Shown here piece by piece: positions 8,309 through 18,092 of a stretch of DNA of 64,000 nt. How positions within the stretch are numbered: the first letter of the stretch is position 1; every line of letters starts with the position of its first letter. A model generated the notes under the pieces. The model saw only the letters and a program-made list of their open reading frames with translations, did not search any database and was not told where the DNA came from. The position numbers and the translations under genes were made by a program. Source of the DNA: Burkholderiales bacterium (lineage in GTDB: Bacteria > Pseudomonadota > Gammaproteobacteria > Burkholderiales > JACQAP01); NCBI GenBank assembly GCA_046590325.1, contig JBKJUC010000037.1, forward strand, positions 3,457-67,456, written 5' to 3'.

Positions 8309-9130
8309 TCAGGCCTTCAGGAAAAACTCCATTTTCACGCCGGCCAGCTCGATGATGTCGTGGTCGCTCAACTGGTGGGCCTGCGCATCGAGCGTCTTGC
8401 CGTTGACCACGGGGAAATTGGCGCCTTCCACGTGCGTGATGAAGTAGCCCTGCGGGCGTTTTGCGATAACCGCCACCTGGACGCCTGGCTTGCCCAGCGT
8501 GGTTAGGGGCTTGGCCAGCGGCAGTTCCTTGCCGGCGTTTGGGCCGGACAGGATCTGGATCATGCCCTGAGCGCCGGCGGTCGGAGCCGGCATTGCGGGC
8601 GTTGCGGCCGGATGTGCGGGGGCTGCGGGCTTTGGCGCGACAGGCGGAATGGTTGCCATCCCTGCCGGTGCGGCGACGGGTGCAGGCGCAGGTTGGGCAC
8701 TGATCGATGTATCGCCGAGATTCACCGCTTGCGTGTTGGTCTGCGTATCCGTGGGGTTTCTTTCGACCTTGGGTGCAGGCGCGGCAGCCGGAGCGCGCAA
8801 CACCATGGTCTTCTCAAAATCTTCCTGGGTCAGGTTGCTCGGCGCTTCACTCGCGTACTTGATCTTGTATTTGCCGATTTCGATGACGTCGTTATTCTGC
8901 AGGAAATGCTTCTTGACCGGCTGGCCGTTGATCAGGGTGCCGTTGGTGCTTCCCAAGTCTTCCAGGAAGGAGTCGTTGAGGATAGTCATGATCATGGCGT
9001 GCTCGCCGCTGACAGCCAGATTGTCGATCTGGATGTCGTTATGGGGCTTGCGGCCGATGGTGGTGCGCTCTTTCGAGAGCGTGAACTCCTTGATCACCTG
9101 TCCATCGAGACTCAATATCAACTTCGCCAT
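8309..9130 (-). CDS. FHA domain-containing protein (N-terminal FHA, Pro/Ala linker, C-terminal FHA-like domain)
   Basis: N-terminus has TIGRKPHNDIQIDNLAVSGEHAMI...GSTNGTLINGQPV (FHA signature G-R...S-x-x-H...NG). The central part is a PAPA-rich linker. The C-terminus has TLGKPG...VVNGKTL...DIIELAGVKMEF. Confidence 0.85.
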   Translation of the reverse strand: MAKLILSLDGQVIKEFTLSKERTTIGRKPHNDIQIDNLAVSGEHAMIMTILNDSFLEDLGSTNGTLINGQPVKKHFLQNNDVIEIGKYKIKYASEAPSNLTQEDFEKTMVLRAPAAAPAPKVERNPTDTQTNTQAVNLGDTSISAQPAPAPVAAPAGMATIPPVAPKPAAPAHPAATPAMPAPTAGAQGMIQILSGPNAGKELPLAKPLTTLGKPGVQVAVIAKRPQGYFITHVEGANFPVVNGKTLDAQAHQLSDHDIIELAGVKMEFFLKA

Positions 9131-9142
9131 GGCTGCTTCCTC

Positions 9143-9967
9143 TTATTTGAACCACCCAAGGAACTTCGTCATCCAGCCGTCGTCGGCCGGAAATTCCTTT
9201 TTGACCTTCATCAGGATCACGGACACATTATCGCGTCCGCCGTTGTCATTGGCCATCTGCACCAGCTGCTCCGCAGCCAGTTGCAGATTCGCCCCGAACG
9301 CGCCCAGGGTCATTTCGATGTCCTCGTCCTCGACCATGTCGTTGAGGCCGTCCGAGCACAACAGGTAAATATCACCATTCTGCACGGGATAGGTGTGGAT
9401 GTCGGCCTCGACCTGCGGTTCGATGCCGAGGGCCCGGGTCACCAGGTTCTTGTTCTGGGAACGCCGCGCCGCCTCCTTCGTGAGCAAGCCGCTGTCGATC
9501 TGTTCCTGGAGCAGGGAATGGTCCCGTGTAATCTGTTCGAGCTTTTCGCCCCGGTAGCGATAGCCGCGCGAATCGCCGATATGCGCAATCGTAATCTGGT
9601 TGTCGCAGAGCAGTGTTACCACCAGTGTCGTGCCCATTCCGGCGTACTGCGGCTGGCTGTTCGCCGACTGGTAAATTGAGGTATTGGCCTTGGCTATGAT
9701 TTCGCGAAGGAGCCGGGTCGCCACCGGCGCGCCGGTGTTCCTGTCGATCTGGTGCGGGGCCTGGCGCACCATGGCTTCCCGTGTCTCGCTGGAAATCAGC
9801 GCGGTTGCTATGCCGCTGGCCACCTCGCCCGCGTTGTACCCCCCCATGCCGTCGGCTAGCACGGCCAGGCCGAAGTCCGCGTCTGCGGTGATGCTGTCCT
9901 CGTTATGCGACCGGACCATCCCCGTGTGGGTGGCTTTTACCATCTGAATCGAGGTGCTGAGGCTCAT
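9143..9967 (-). CDS. PP2C-family Ser/Thr protein phosphatase (Stp1-like)
   Basis: ATHTGMVRSHNEDS...LADGMGGYNAGEVAS...GGRDNVSVIL. The start is set to the ATG at 9965-9967 (MSLSTSIQ). The longer track ORF to 10111 would overlap the upstream kinase gene. Confidence 0.85.
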   Translation of the reverse strand: MSLSTSIQMVKATHTGMVRSHNEDSITADADFGLAVLADGMGGYNAGEVASGIATALISSETREAMVRQAPHQIDRNTGAPVATRLLREIIAKANTSIYQSANSQPQYAGMGTTLVVTLLCDNQITIAHIGDSRGYRYRGEKLEQITRDHSLLQEQIDSGLLTKEAARRSQNKNLVTRALGIEPQVEADIHTYPVQNGDIYLLCSDGLNDMVEDEDIEMTLGAFGANLQLAAEQLVQMANDNGGRDNVSVILMKVKKEFPADDGWMTKFLGWFK

Positions 9968-9981
9968 TTTTTTATATTCCG

Positions 9982-12528
9982 TCAGAGTGCCACGTCCACT
10001 TCGCCGAACTGCGCGGCGCATTCCCGGACCGCTTTCGCGAACTCGTCGCCTGTCTTGTAGCGCTGCGTGACGTCTTTTGCCAGCGCCTTGTTGATGATCG
10101 CCACCAGGCACTCCGGAATCGCCGGATTGATGCCCAGGATGTCTACCGGCGGTTCATTGGCGATCTTGAACATCAATTGGGTCATCGAGTCGCCCTGAAA
10201 AGGCAGGCTGCCGCATGAAAGCTGGTAAAGGGTCACGCCCAGGGAAAACAGGTCGGACTGTCCGTCGATCTTCCTGCCCGCAAGTTGCTCCGGCGACATG
10301 TAGGACGGCGTGCCAAGCACCATGCCCGTCTTGGTCTTCGAGGAATCGGTGATGCGGGCAATACCGAAGTCGGTGACCTTGACAGCGTCCGCATCGGGGT
10401 CGTACATGATGTTAGCCGGCTTGATGTCACGATGGACCACGCTCTGCAGATGCGCGTAAGACAGCGCCTCTGCAACGCGGGCGACGATCGAAAGGGTCTT
10501 GGGCAGCGGCAGGAGGGCGGCCAGCTTGGTCTGCGGCACCAGGTCCTTGCCCTTTAGGAACTCCATCGCGATGTAGGCGAGATCGTGCTCTTCGCCCGCG
10601 TCGTAGATGGTGACGATGTTCGGATGATTGAGCCGACCCGCCGTCTCAGCCTCGCGGAAGAAACGCTGCTTGACGTCCTCGAGTTCGTCGGCTTCGAACT
10701 CCTGGGAAAGGGCCATGGTTTTGATTGCCACGACCCGGCCGATCTTGGGATCTTTGCCAAGGTAGACCACCCCCATTGCACCCTTGCCGAGCTCCTTCTC
10801 CACCTGATAGCGGCCCAGCATCGGCTTTTCCACCGAACCGCCTTCCAGCATCAGCGTGCTGGCATTGGTGCGCCCGCTGCTGCCGCCGAGGATGACGGTC
10901 TCCGACATCTGCTTGGCGCGGTTGAGCTTCTTGTCGAGGTCACGGAATTTCGGATTGTAGGTGGCCATGTACTCGTACACCGCCTGCGCCTTGTTGAACT
11001 GGCGCTTGCGCTCAAAGTCCAGTGCAAGGTTGTACATGTTGTCCATCACCGCATCCTCAAGCGGCACCTTCTTGAATTTGTCGAAGGCCATGTCGAGCTG
11101 GCCCTGGCCCTGGAAGGCTAGGCCGAGCATGCGGTTCGATTCGGCCGACTCGAGGTCCGACTTGGCCTTGCCACGCTCCGTAACCAGGAAGCGCTTTGTG
11201 GTCAGCAGTACGTGACCGATTACCAGCAGCACAGCCGAAGCCATCAGCTGGATCCACATTAGCTGGCTCGTCATCAGCACGAAATGCACGGCGATGAGCG
11301 CGATCAGCACGGCCGCGCTGATCGCGAATCCCATTCCGGCCTTAAGGCGCGGCAGCAGCAGAATCAGGTAAAGAGCCACTGCCAGGAAGGCCAGTTTCTC
11401 GACCCAGAATCCCCAAGCAGGCACGACGAAGAAATCTTCTTCGAGGATGCTGGATACCGAATGGGCCAGGGTTACCACGGGCGGCATAGCGGGCGAAATC
11501 GGCGTCACCTGGTAGGTGCCAACGCCAGCCGCCGTCGCGCCGATCAGCACCACCTTGTCGCGATACTTTTCGGCTGGGATCTTGTCCGTGATGACGTCGT
11601 AGAAAGAATCCAACGGGAATGCGGGCTTGCCGTCGCGGTCCTTGTAGAAATAGCTGTGCATCTGCAGGTAAGGATCGGTACGGATATTGAGGTTGCCAAT
11701 TTTCACGCCTTCACCCAACCGCATTTCGACGTCTGCGGGTCCGAGGTTCAGACTCCTCGCCGCCAGCATCATAGAGAAGGACGGGAAATACCGGTCGTAG
11801 TAACGCAACACCAGGGGTTCAGTGCGAGTGCTGCCGTCCACGTCAGGCAAGGCATTGAGGTGCCCTATGGCCCCAGCGCCGACCGCAATCTGCTCCAGCG
11901 GCACGACGGCTTGCAGAGTCGGCGGCGGAAAAATATTGCTCTGGGCCGCGCCGACGTTGTCGATAACTTTGGTGATTTGGTTCTTGAGAATGTAATCCGC
12001 CAGCGGGCTGTCAGGATTGCCGAGCGGCTCGCCGACGGTAAACAACATCGGCAACGCTACATTGCCAGCCTCGGTTACCGCGGCGGCAAGTTTTCGGTCG
12101 CTGTTTAGGGCATCGTCGGCTTCGACCAAGACTGAAGCGAATTCGACCATGTTCTGCTGCTGGACGGGCGGAAGCCCCTGAAAGAGTTCCGCGAGCTTGT
12201 GGATATAGGCGAGGCCAGGGTCCACCTGAGGCTCGAAGAAGAAGGAGGAGTAGCCCACGACTTTTACGCCAGCCTGCTTCAGCTTGGCGATCATCTGCGC
12301 GTGAACTTCTCGCGGCCAGGGCCAGCGCCCGATATTGGCGATGCTCTGATCGTCGATGGCAATAACCGCCACGCGCTGCGACGGCGCGAGGTTCGACGCC
12401 CGAACGCCCAGATCGTAAGCCTGGCGTTCCAGACCTTGAATCAGATCGCTGCTGGACGCTACGAGTAGTACCAGCGCAACAACGATGCCGAGAAACCAAT
12501 CGGCTTTCCAAAAAGCCGTTTTCTTCAT
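9982..12528 (-). CDS. CHASE2 sensor domain-containing Ser/Thr protein kinase (Hanks type) with TPR-like linker
   Basis: N-terminal TM segment, CHASE2-like region (IAIDDQSIANIGRWPWPRE), and a TM block. The C-terminal kinase has GKGAMGVVYLG, VAIK, HRDIKPANIM, DFGIA and SPEQ. ATG at 12526-12528 (MKKTAFW); the track ORF starts 9 nt upstream at a GTG. Confidence 0.88.
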   Translation of the reverse strand: MKKTAFWKADWFLGIVVALVLLVASSSDLIQGLERQAYDLGVRASNLAPSQRVAVIAIDDQSIANIGRWPWPREVHAQMIAKLKQAGVKVVGYSSFFFEPQVDPGLAYIHKLAELFQGLPPVQQQNMVEFASVLVEADDALNSDRKLAAAVTEAGNVALPMLFTVGEPLGNPDSPLADYILKNQITKVIDNVGAAQSNIFPPPTLQAVVPLEQIAVGAGAIGHLNALPDVDGSTRTEPLVLRYYDRYFPSFSMMLAARSLNLGPADVEMRLGEGVKIGNLNIRTDPYLQMHSYFYKDRDGKPAFPLDSFYDVITDKIPAEKYRDKVVLIGATAAGVGTYQVTPISPAMPPVVTLAHSVSSILEEDFFVVPAWGFWVEKLAFLAVALYLILLLPRLKAGMGFAISAAVLIALIAVHFVLMTSQLMWIQLMASAVLLVIGHVLLTTKRFLVTERGKAKSDLESAESNRMLGLAFQGQGQLDMAFDKFKKVPLEDAVMDNMYNLALDFERKRQFNKAQAVYEYMATYNPKFRDLDKKLNRAKQMSETVILGGSSGRTNASTLMLEGGSVEKPMLGRYQVEKELGKGAMGVVYLGKDPKIGRVVAIKTMALSQEFEADELEDVKQRFFREAETAGRLNHPNIVTIYDAGEEHDLAYIAMEFLKGKDLVPQTKLAALLPLPKTLSIVARVAEALSYAHLQSVVHRDIKPANIMYDPDADAVKVTDFGIARITDSSKTKTGMVLGTPSYMSPEQLAGRKIDGQSDLFSLGVTLYQLSCGSLPFQGDSMTQLMFKIANEPPVDILGINPAIPECLVAIINKALAKDVTQRYKTGDEFAKAVRECAAQFGEVDVAL

Positions 12529-13012
12529 GCCACCCACCCTGTTGGATGCCTGAAGGCTTTGATTTTAGTAAGTTAAGCCTCTCAAGCTCGAGATATTACG
12601 ATATTCCGGCCGAAAGTATATGATTTTTTTAAACTCTGGGGTCAAAGGGCGTGAACTGGACCTTCTGCCCGACAAGCGACAGGAAACGATGAGCCAGACT
12701 TAACCGCCTTGGCCCCGGTCACGCTGGCCCCGCCGTCTGCGCCGCCTCGGCTTTTTGAAGACCCGGATTTTTCGAACCGTTGCGGTTTGGACTGGCCTTG
12801 CCTATCGCCGCGCCCGAGCCCGGATATCAGCATGCGTAAGCGAACGATGCGCCATTGTCCCAATAAAAACGGGGCCGTCAACTTGCAGAGGCAACGGCTT
12901 CGGTTTGTTTGCTGGAAGCCGACAAGGCAAAGTGGGGACGAGCCTGCCACACCGGGAATCCCCAGCGGTTGATGCGATGGAGCCAGCAAGCCCGAAACGA
13001 ACTGGCGGCAGT

Positions 13013-14212
13013 TCAGGCGTGCACGGACTCCTGCCGGCGCATCACGCCGACCAGGACGTTCTCGAAATCGCTGAACACTTGCTCCCAGTCGATGCGCTCC
13101 GCGACGGTTCGCGCCTGGGCACGGAGCGTAGCGATACGCTCGGGGTCCGTGGCGAGGGCGGCCGCGAGCCGCGTGAATGCGGCGGCGTCCCCGAACGGGG
13201 CCAGCAGCCCGCTGACCTCATGACCTACGTACTGCTGGGCCGCGGCATAGTCAAAGGCAATCACCGCCAGCCCGCTCGCCATGGCCTCCAGCGTCACGTT
13301 GCCAAAGGTCTCCGTCATGCTCGGGAATAGGAATACGTCGGCTGAGGCGAAATGGGCCGCGAGCTCGTCGCCCGTGCGTGTGCCGGCAAAGATTACGCGA
13401 GGATGGCGATTTTGCAGTTCCTTGCGCTCCGGCCCGTCCCCGACCATGATCAGTTTCGTCGCCGGTGCGGCTGCGCGCATTGCTTCGAACGCTTCGACCA
13501 CCACGGGCAGGTTCTTTTCCGCTGCCAGCCTGCCGACATAGAGCGCGACCGGCGCATCCTGAGCCGCGACCCATGAACGGCGCAGTTCCGCGCTGCGTCG
13601 CCCGGGTGTGAACATCCGTGTGTCGACGCCACGGGAAACCACATGGAGATTTTCGAAGCCCTGCGCAGCGAGTTCCAGACGCAGGTCTTCCGTCGGCACC
13701 AGCGTGGCGAGCGCCCGGTTGTGAAACTTGCGCAGATACGCGGCTATGGGCTTTTTCATGAAGCCAACGCCGTAGTGGCGACTGTAACTGTGGAAGTTGG
13801 TGTGGAAGCCGGTCGACACCGGCAGTTTAAGTTTGGACGCTGCGGCCAGTGCCGACCAGCCCAGCGGACCTTCGGTGGCGATATGGACCACGTCCGGACG
13901 CCGCAGGGACCACAGCCGGAACAATGCCTGTTTGGCGGGCAATCCCATCTTCAGCCCGTCATAGCGCGGAATGGATATGCCAGGTTTGAGCACTTCCTCG
14001 AACTGGTCACTGCTGGCGGGATTCTCCGCGGCGTTCTGGCGCGGCCGAATCAGCTGCACCCGATGACGCCGCCGCTGCAAACCTTCAACCATGCGCGCGA
14101 TCGTCATCGCGACACCGTTCACCTCCGGCGGGTAGGTCTCGGTGACGACAGCCACCCGCAGGGAGGATATTGCTTCTGGAAGCTCTTGAAGGACAAAGTC
14201 TTCGTCAATCAT
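13013..14212 (-). CDS. Glycosyltransferase family 4 (GT1 superfamily)
   Basis: LRVAVVTETYPPEVNGVA at the N-terminus and the FPSMTETFGNVTLEAMASG (E-x7-E) region. 399 aa. Confidence 0.8.
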   Translation of the reverse strand: MIDEDFVLQELPEAISSLRVAVVTETYPPEVNGVAMTIARMVEGLQRRRHRVQLIRPRQNAAENPASSDQFEEVLKPGISIPRYDGLKMGLPAKQALFRLWSLRRPDVVHIATEGPLGWSALAAASKLKLPVSTGFHTNFHSYSRHYGVGFMKKPIAAYLRKFHNRALATLVPTEDLRLELAAQGFENLHVVSRGVDTRMFTPGRRSAELRRSWVAAQDAPVALYVGRLAAEKNLPVVVEAFEAMRAAAPATKLIMVGDGPERKELQNRHPRVIFAGTRTGDELAAHFASADVFLFPSMTETFGNVTLEAMASGLAVIAFDYAAAQQYVGHEVSGLLAPFGDAAAFTRLAAALATDPERIATLRAQARTVAERIDWEQVFSDFENVLVGVMRRQESVHA

Positions 14213-14289
14213 GCAGGCGGCACTTTGCCTGCCGTCGGAGAACCTGCGATGACGCTCCGGTTACTGTTTTATTGCGAAACGGGCTACAA

Positions 14290-14673
14290 CTAGCCGAACA
14301 GGACCAGCAGCCAGACAATGACCACGTTGAGCAGGGAAATCATGACCGCGGCACTGCCGATGTCCTTGGCGCGCTTGGCGAGGCGATGATGTTCGAGGGA
14401 AACACGGTCAACGGTCGCCTCGACTGCGGAGTTCAGTAGTTCCACGATGAGCACCAGGAGCACGGAGGCGATCATCAGCGCCTTGCCAAGTCCGGATGAC
14501 GGCAGGAACAGCGCGAGCGGGATGAGAACGACCGCCAGCCAGAACTCCTGCCGGAATGCGTCCTCGTGCCGGTACGCCGCCTTCAATCCTTCGAGCGAAT
14601 AGAACATCGCATTCCAAACGCGGCGCAGTCCGGTCTTGCCTTTGTGCGGGCTTTCTAGCTGGCCGTTATCCAT
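14290..14673 (-). CDS. dgkA: Diacylglycerol kinase
   Basis: 127 aa with three TM helices. TGLRRVWNAMFYSLEGLKAAYRHEDAFRQE and NSAVEATVDR are typical of DgkA. The ATG directly abuts the gcvPB stop. Confidence 0.85.
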   Translation of the reverse strand: MDNGQLESPHKGKTGLRRVWNAMFYSLEGLKAAYRHEDAFRQEFWLAVVLIPLALFLPSSGLGKALMIASVLLVLIVELLNSAVEATVDRVSLEHHRLAKRAKDIGSAAVMISLLNVVIVWLLVLFG

Positions 14674-16143
14674 TCAGATTTGCGGTGTCCATTTCAGATC
14701 CAGTTCTCTTGCGGCCCTGACATCGTCCAGCCGGCGCACGGGCGTGCTGTGCGGGGCGGACTTGACCAGTTCCGGATTATTGCGCGCTTCTGCACGGATT
14801 TCGCTCATGGCCTCGACAAATTTATCCAGCGTCTGTTTCGACTCCGTTTCCGTAGGCTCGATCAACAGGCATTCCGGCACCAGCAGGGGAAAATAGGTGG
14901 TAGGTGCATGGAAGCCCTTATCCAGCAGGCGCTTGGCCACGTCCATTGCGGTGACCCCGGTGGCATCCTTGAGTTCCTTTAGGCTGATGATGAACTCGTG
15001 GCTCGCGCGACGTTGCGGAAAGGCCAGCTCAAAACCTGCGACCCGAAGGCGCGCCATCAGGTAGTTGGCATTCAGCGTCGCAAACTCCGCCACGCGACGC
15101 ATACCGTCGGCGCCAAGCATGCGAGCATAGATGTAAGCGCGCAGCAGCACACCGGCATTGCCGTTGAAAGCGGAGAGCCTGCCGATGGAGTCGGGCCGGT
15201 CGTGCTCGCCAATCCAACGGAAATGCGGGCCATCGGCCGAGACAATGGGCAGCGGCAGGAAAGGCAGCAGCCGGCTCGACACGCCGACCGGTCCGGCGCC
15301 GGGCCCGCCGCCGCCGTGAGGCGTGGCGAAGGTCTTGTGCAGATTCATGTGGATCACATCGAAACCCATGTCGCCCGGCTTGACCTTGCCCAGGATGGCA
15401 TTGAGGTTGGCGCCGTCGTAGTAGAGCAAGCCGCCGGCTCCGTGCACGATTTCTCGGATTTGTTCGATGCTGCGCTCAAAAACGCCCAACGTGGACGGAT
15501 TGGTCAGCATCAACCCAGCGGTCTGCGGGCCCACCGCTGTGCGCAACGCCCCGAGGTCCACGTTGCCGTCGCGCTGCGTCGGAATCTCCCTGACGGCGTA
15601 GCCACACATGGTCGCCGTCGCGGGATTCGTCCCGTGCGCCGCATCGGGAACGATGATCTCGGTTCGCGCGCTGTCGCTACGGGAACGATGGTATGCACGG
15701 ATCATTGCCACTCCGGCCAGTTCTCCCTGCGCCCCGGCCATGGGCGCAAGGCTCACGCCCGCCATACCCGTGACGTTGCGCAACATCTCCTGCAACTCGT
15801 GCATGCAGGCGAGAAAGCCCTGGCCAGTTTCGTCCGGCGCCAGGGGATGGCGTGAGACGAAGCCCGGCAACATGGCCAGCTGGTTGCACGCGCGCGGGTT
15901 GTATTTCATGGTGCAGGACCCGAGCGGATAGAAATGCGTGTCGATGGAAAAATTGCGCTGCGACAGCCGCGTGTAGTGGCGCAGCGCATCCAGCTCCGAC
16001 ACCTCCGGCAAGGCCGGCGCAACTTCCCGCAGCAGGCTGGCCGGAAGATCCGTCGGGAACGGGGCATCCGGTGCCTGCAGACGGGCGCGGCGCCCGCCGC
16101 GGGAAAGCTCGAAAATAAGCGGGCAGGAGTTGTGTATTTCCAT
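14674..16143 (-). CDS. gcvPB: Glycine dehydrogenase (decarboxylating) subunit 2
   Basis: Strong GcvPB-like sequence ([39 protein letters not shown] with the PLP lysine). The start is set to the ATG at 16141-16143; the track ORF begins at a TTG 18 nt upstream. Confidence 0.92.
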   Translation of the reverse strand: MEIHNSCPLIFELSRGGRRARLQAPDAPFPTDLPASLLREVAPALPEVSELDALRHYTRLSQRNFSIDTHFYPLGSCTMKYNPRACNQLAMLPGFVSRHPLAPDETGQGFLACMHELQEMLRNVTGMAGVSLAPMAGAQGELAGVAMIRAYHRSRSDSARTEIIVPDAAHGTNPATATMCGYAVREIPTQRDGNVDLGALRTAVGPQTAGLMLTNPSTLGVFERSIEQIREIVHGAGGLLYYDGANLNAILGKVKPGDMGFDVIHMNLHKTFATPHGGGGPGAGPVGVSSRLLPFLPLPIVSADGPHFRWIGEHDRPDSIGRLSAFNGNAGVLLRAYIYARMLGADGMRRVAEFATLNANYLMARLRVAGFELAFPQRRASHEFIISLKELKDATGVTAMDVAKRLLDKGFHAPTTYFPLLVPECLLIEPTETESKQTLDKFVEAMSEIRAEARNNPELVKSAPHSTPVRRLDDVRAARELDLKWTPQI

Positions 16144-16185
16144 CGTCGGCAAGGGGTGCAACGCTAACGGCTGATTGCTACCGCA

Positions 16186-16686
16186 TCATTTCAATGCTGA
16201 GAGCGCGGCGTCGTAGTTCGGTTCGTTCGCGATCTCGGGTACCAGTTCCGAGTGCAGGACCTTGTTGTTTTCGTCGAGTACGACGACGGCGCGGGCGGTC
16301 AGGCCCTTGAGGGGTCCATCGGCGACGTCGACGCCGTACTTGCCATGAAAATCCCGGCCCCGGAACGTGGACAGCGTCACCACGTTGTTAAGTCCCTCCG
16401 CGCTGCAGAAGCGCGACATCGCAAACGGCAGGTCCGCGGAAACGACCAGCACGACGGCATTGTTCATGCCGGAGGCTTTCTGGTTGAACACGCGCGTGGA
16501 TTGCGCGCAGGTCGGAGTATCCAGGCTGGGAACGATGTTCAGCACCTTGCGTTTGCCAGCATAAGTTTTCAGCGAAACATCGCCCAGGTCCTTGCCGGTA
16601 AGGCTGAAGTCGGGAGCGGCGTCGCCTTTTTTCGGCAGATTGCCGGCCACGGTGACGGGATTGCCCTTGAGTGTTACGGTTGCCAT
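16186..16686 (-). CDS. tpx: Thiol peroxidase (Tpx, atypical 2-Cys peroxiredoxin)
   Basis: 166 aa. [12 protein letters not shown] active-site motif and overall Tpx-like sequence. Confidence 0.9.
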   Translation of the reverse strand: MATVTLKGNPVTVAGNLPKKGDAAPDFSLTGKDLGDVSLKTYAGKRKVLNIVPSLDTPTCAQSTRVFNQKASGMNNAVVLVVSADLPFAMSRFCSAEGLNNVVTLSTFRGRDFHGKYGVDVADGPLKGLTARAVVVLDENNKVLHSELVPEIANEPNYDAALSALK

Positions 16687-16742
16687 TTGTTTCTCCTTGG
16701 TTGGACTGCTTTTCCTGGTTGGGGCTGGAAATCTTCAGGACC

Positions 16743-18092
16743 TCAGCATGCCTCCGCAAGCGCTGAAGCATGGGCATCGAGATCGGCATCGGTCTTGGTC
16801 TCGGTGGCGCAGATCAACAGGGCGCTGCCGATTTCCGGGTAGTCGGACGAAACGTCGTAACCACCGAGGATGCCCCTGCGGCGCATGTGCGCGAGGACTT
16901 CAGCTGCAGGCCGCGGCAGGCCGAGCACGGTTTCATGGAAAACAGGGCCGCTGAAAAGACGTCGCACGCCGGGTATACGGATTGCCCGCCGCATCAGGGC
17001 TTCGAGATTGGCGTGCGACTGTGCCGCTACGTTTCTCAATCCTTCAGGCCCCAGGACCGCCATGTAAATCGTCGCTGCGGTCACCGCCAGTCCCTGGTTG
17101 GTGCAGATGTTCGACGTGGCCTTGGAGCGGCGGATGTGCTGCTCGCGCGCCTGCAGCGTAAGCGTGAAGCCGGAACGTCCGTCGAGGTCGACCGTTCGTC
17201 CGACGATGCGGCCCGGCATCTGGCGCACCAGGGATTGCTTGCACGCCATGAATCCAAAGTAGGGCCCGCCGTTTGCCAGCGGTACGCCCAGAGGCTGGCC
17301 TTCGCCAACAGCGATATCTGCGCCGGTTGACCCCCATTTTCCCGGGGGTTTGAGCAATGCCAGCGCCATGGGATTGACGCAGGCGATGGCAAGCGCGCCG
17401 CGCGATCCGGCCCAGTCGGTAAGCGCGTCCACGTCTTCGAGGCTGCCGAAGAAATTTGGCTGGGGCACGACCAGGGCGGCCACATCCTCGCCGGCCAGGG
17501 CTTCGACGGATTCAACGCAAAGACGGCCGTCGCGTGCATCGAAGGGCACTTCGACGATCTCGATGCCCTGGCTTGAAACAATGGTCCGCACAACCTGGCG
17601 ATAGCGCGGATTGATGCTGCGTCCGATGAGCACTCTGCGCGACGACTTGTGCAAACGCACCGCCATGAGGACCGCTTCGGCCAGCGCCGAGGCGCCGTCA
17701 TACAGACTCGCATTGGTTGCATCCAGCGCAGTGAGCGACGCCATCATGCTCTGGTATTCGTAGAGCAACTGCAATGTGCCCTGGCTGGCCTCGGCCTGGT
17801 AGGGCGTATACGCGGAATAGAACTCCCCGCGCGTGGCGATCTGCCATACCGCTGAGGGAATGTGGTGCTCATACGCGCCGGCGCCAATGAAATTCAGGAA
17901 CTCACCGTCGAGGCGGGCGCGTTCGTTAAGCAGCCGGGCTACTTCCATCTCCTTCATGCCAGGCGGAATGCCCGCCGGCGCAGCCGTCTTGAGCGCCTGG
18001 GGTATCTCGTCGAACAGTGCCTCGATGCTCCCGACCCCTATGATCGCGAGCATTTCGCGGACGTCTTCCTCGGTATGTGGGATGAACGGCAT
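16743..18092 (-). CDS. gcvPA: Glycine dehydrogenase (decarboxylating) subunit 1
   Basis: [15 protein letters not shown]..., [26 protein letters not shown]. 449 aa. Confidence 0.92.
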   Translation of the reverse strand: MPFIPHTEEDVREMLAIIGVGSIEALFDEIPQALKTAAPAGIPPGMKEMEVARLLNERARLDGEFLNFIGAGAYEHHIPSAVWQIATRGEFYSAYTPYQAEASQGTLQLLYEYQSMMASLTALDATNASLYDGASALAEAVLMAVRLHKSSRRVLIGRSINPRYRQVVRTIVSSQGIEIVEVPFDARDGRLCVESVEALAGEDVAALVVPQPNFFGSLEDVDALTDWAGSRGALAIACVNPMALALLKPPGKWGSTGADIAVGEGQPLGVPLANGGPYFGFMACKQSLVRQMPGRIVGRTVDLDGRSGFTLTLQAREQHIRRSKATSNICTNQGLAVTAATIYMAVLGPEGLRNVAAQSHANLEALMRRAIRIPGVRRLFSGPVFHETVLGLPRPAAEVLAHMRRRGILGGYDVSSDYPEIGSALLICATETKTDADLDAHASALAEAC

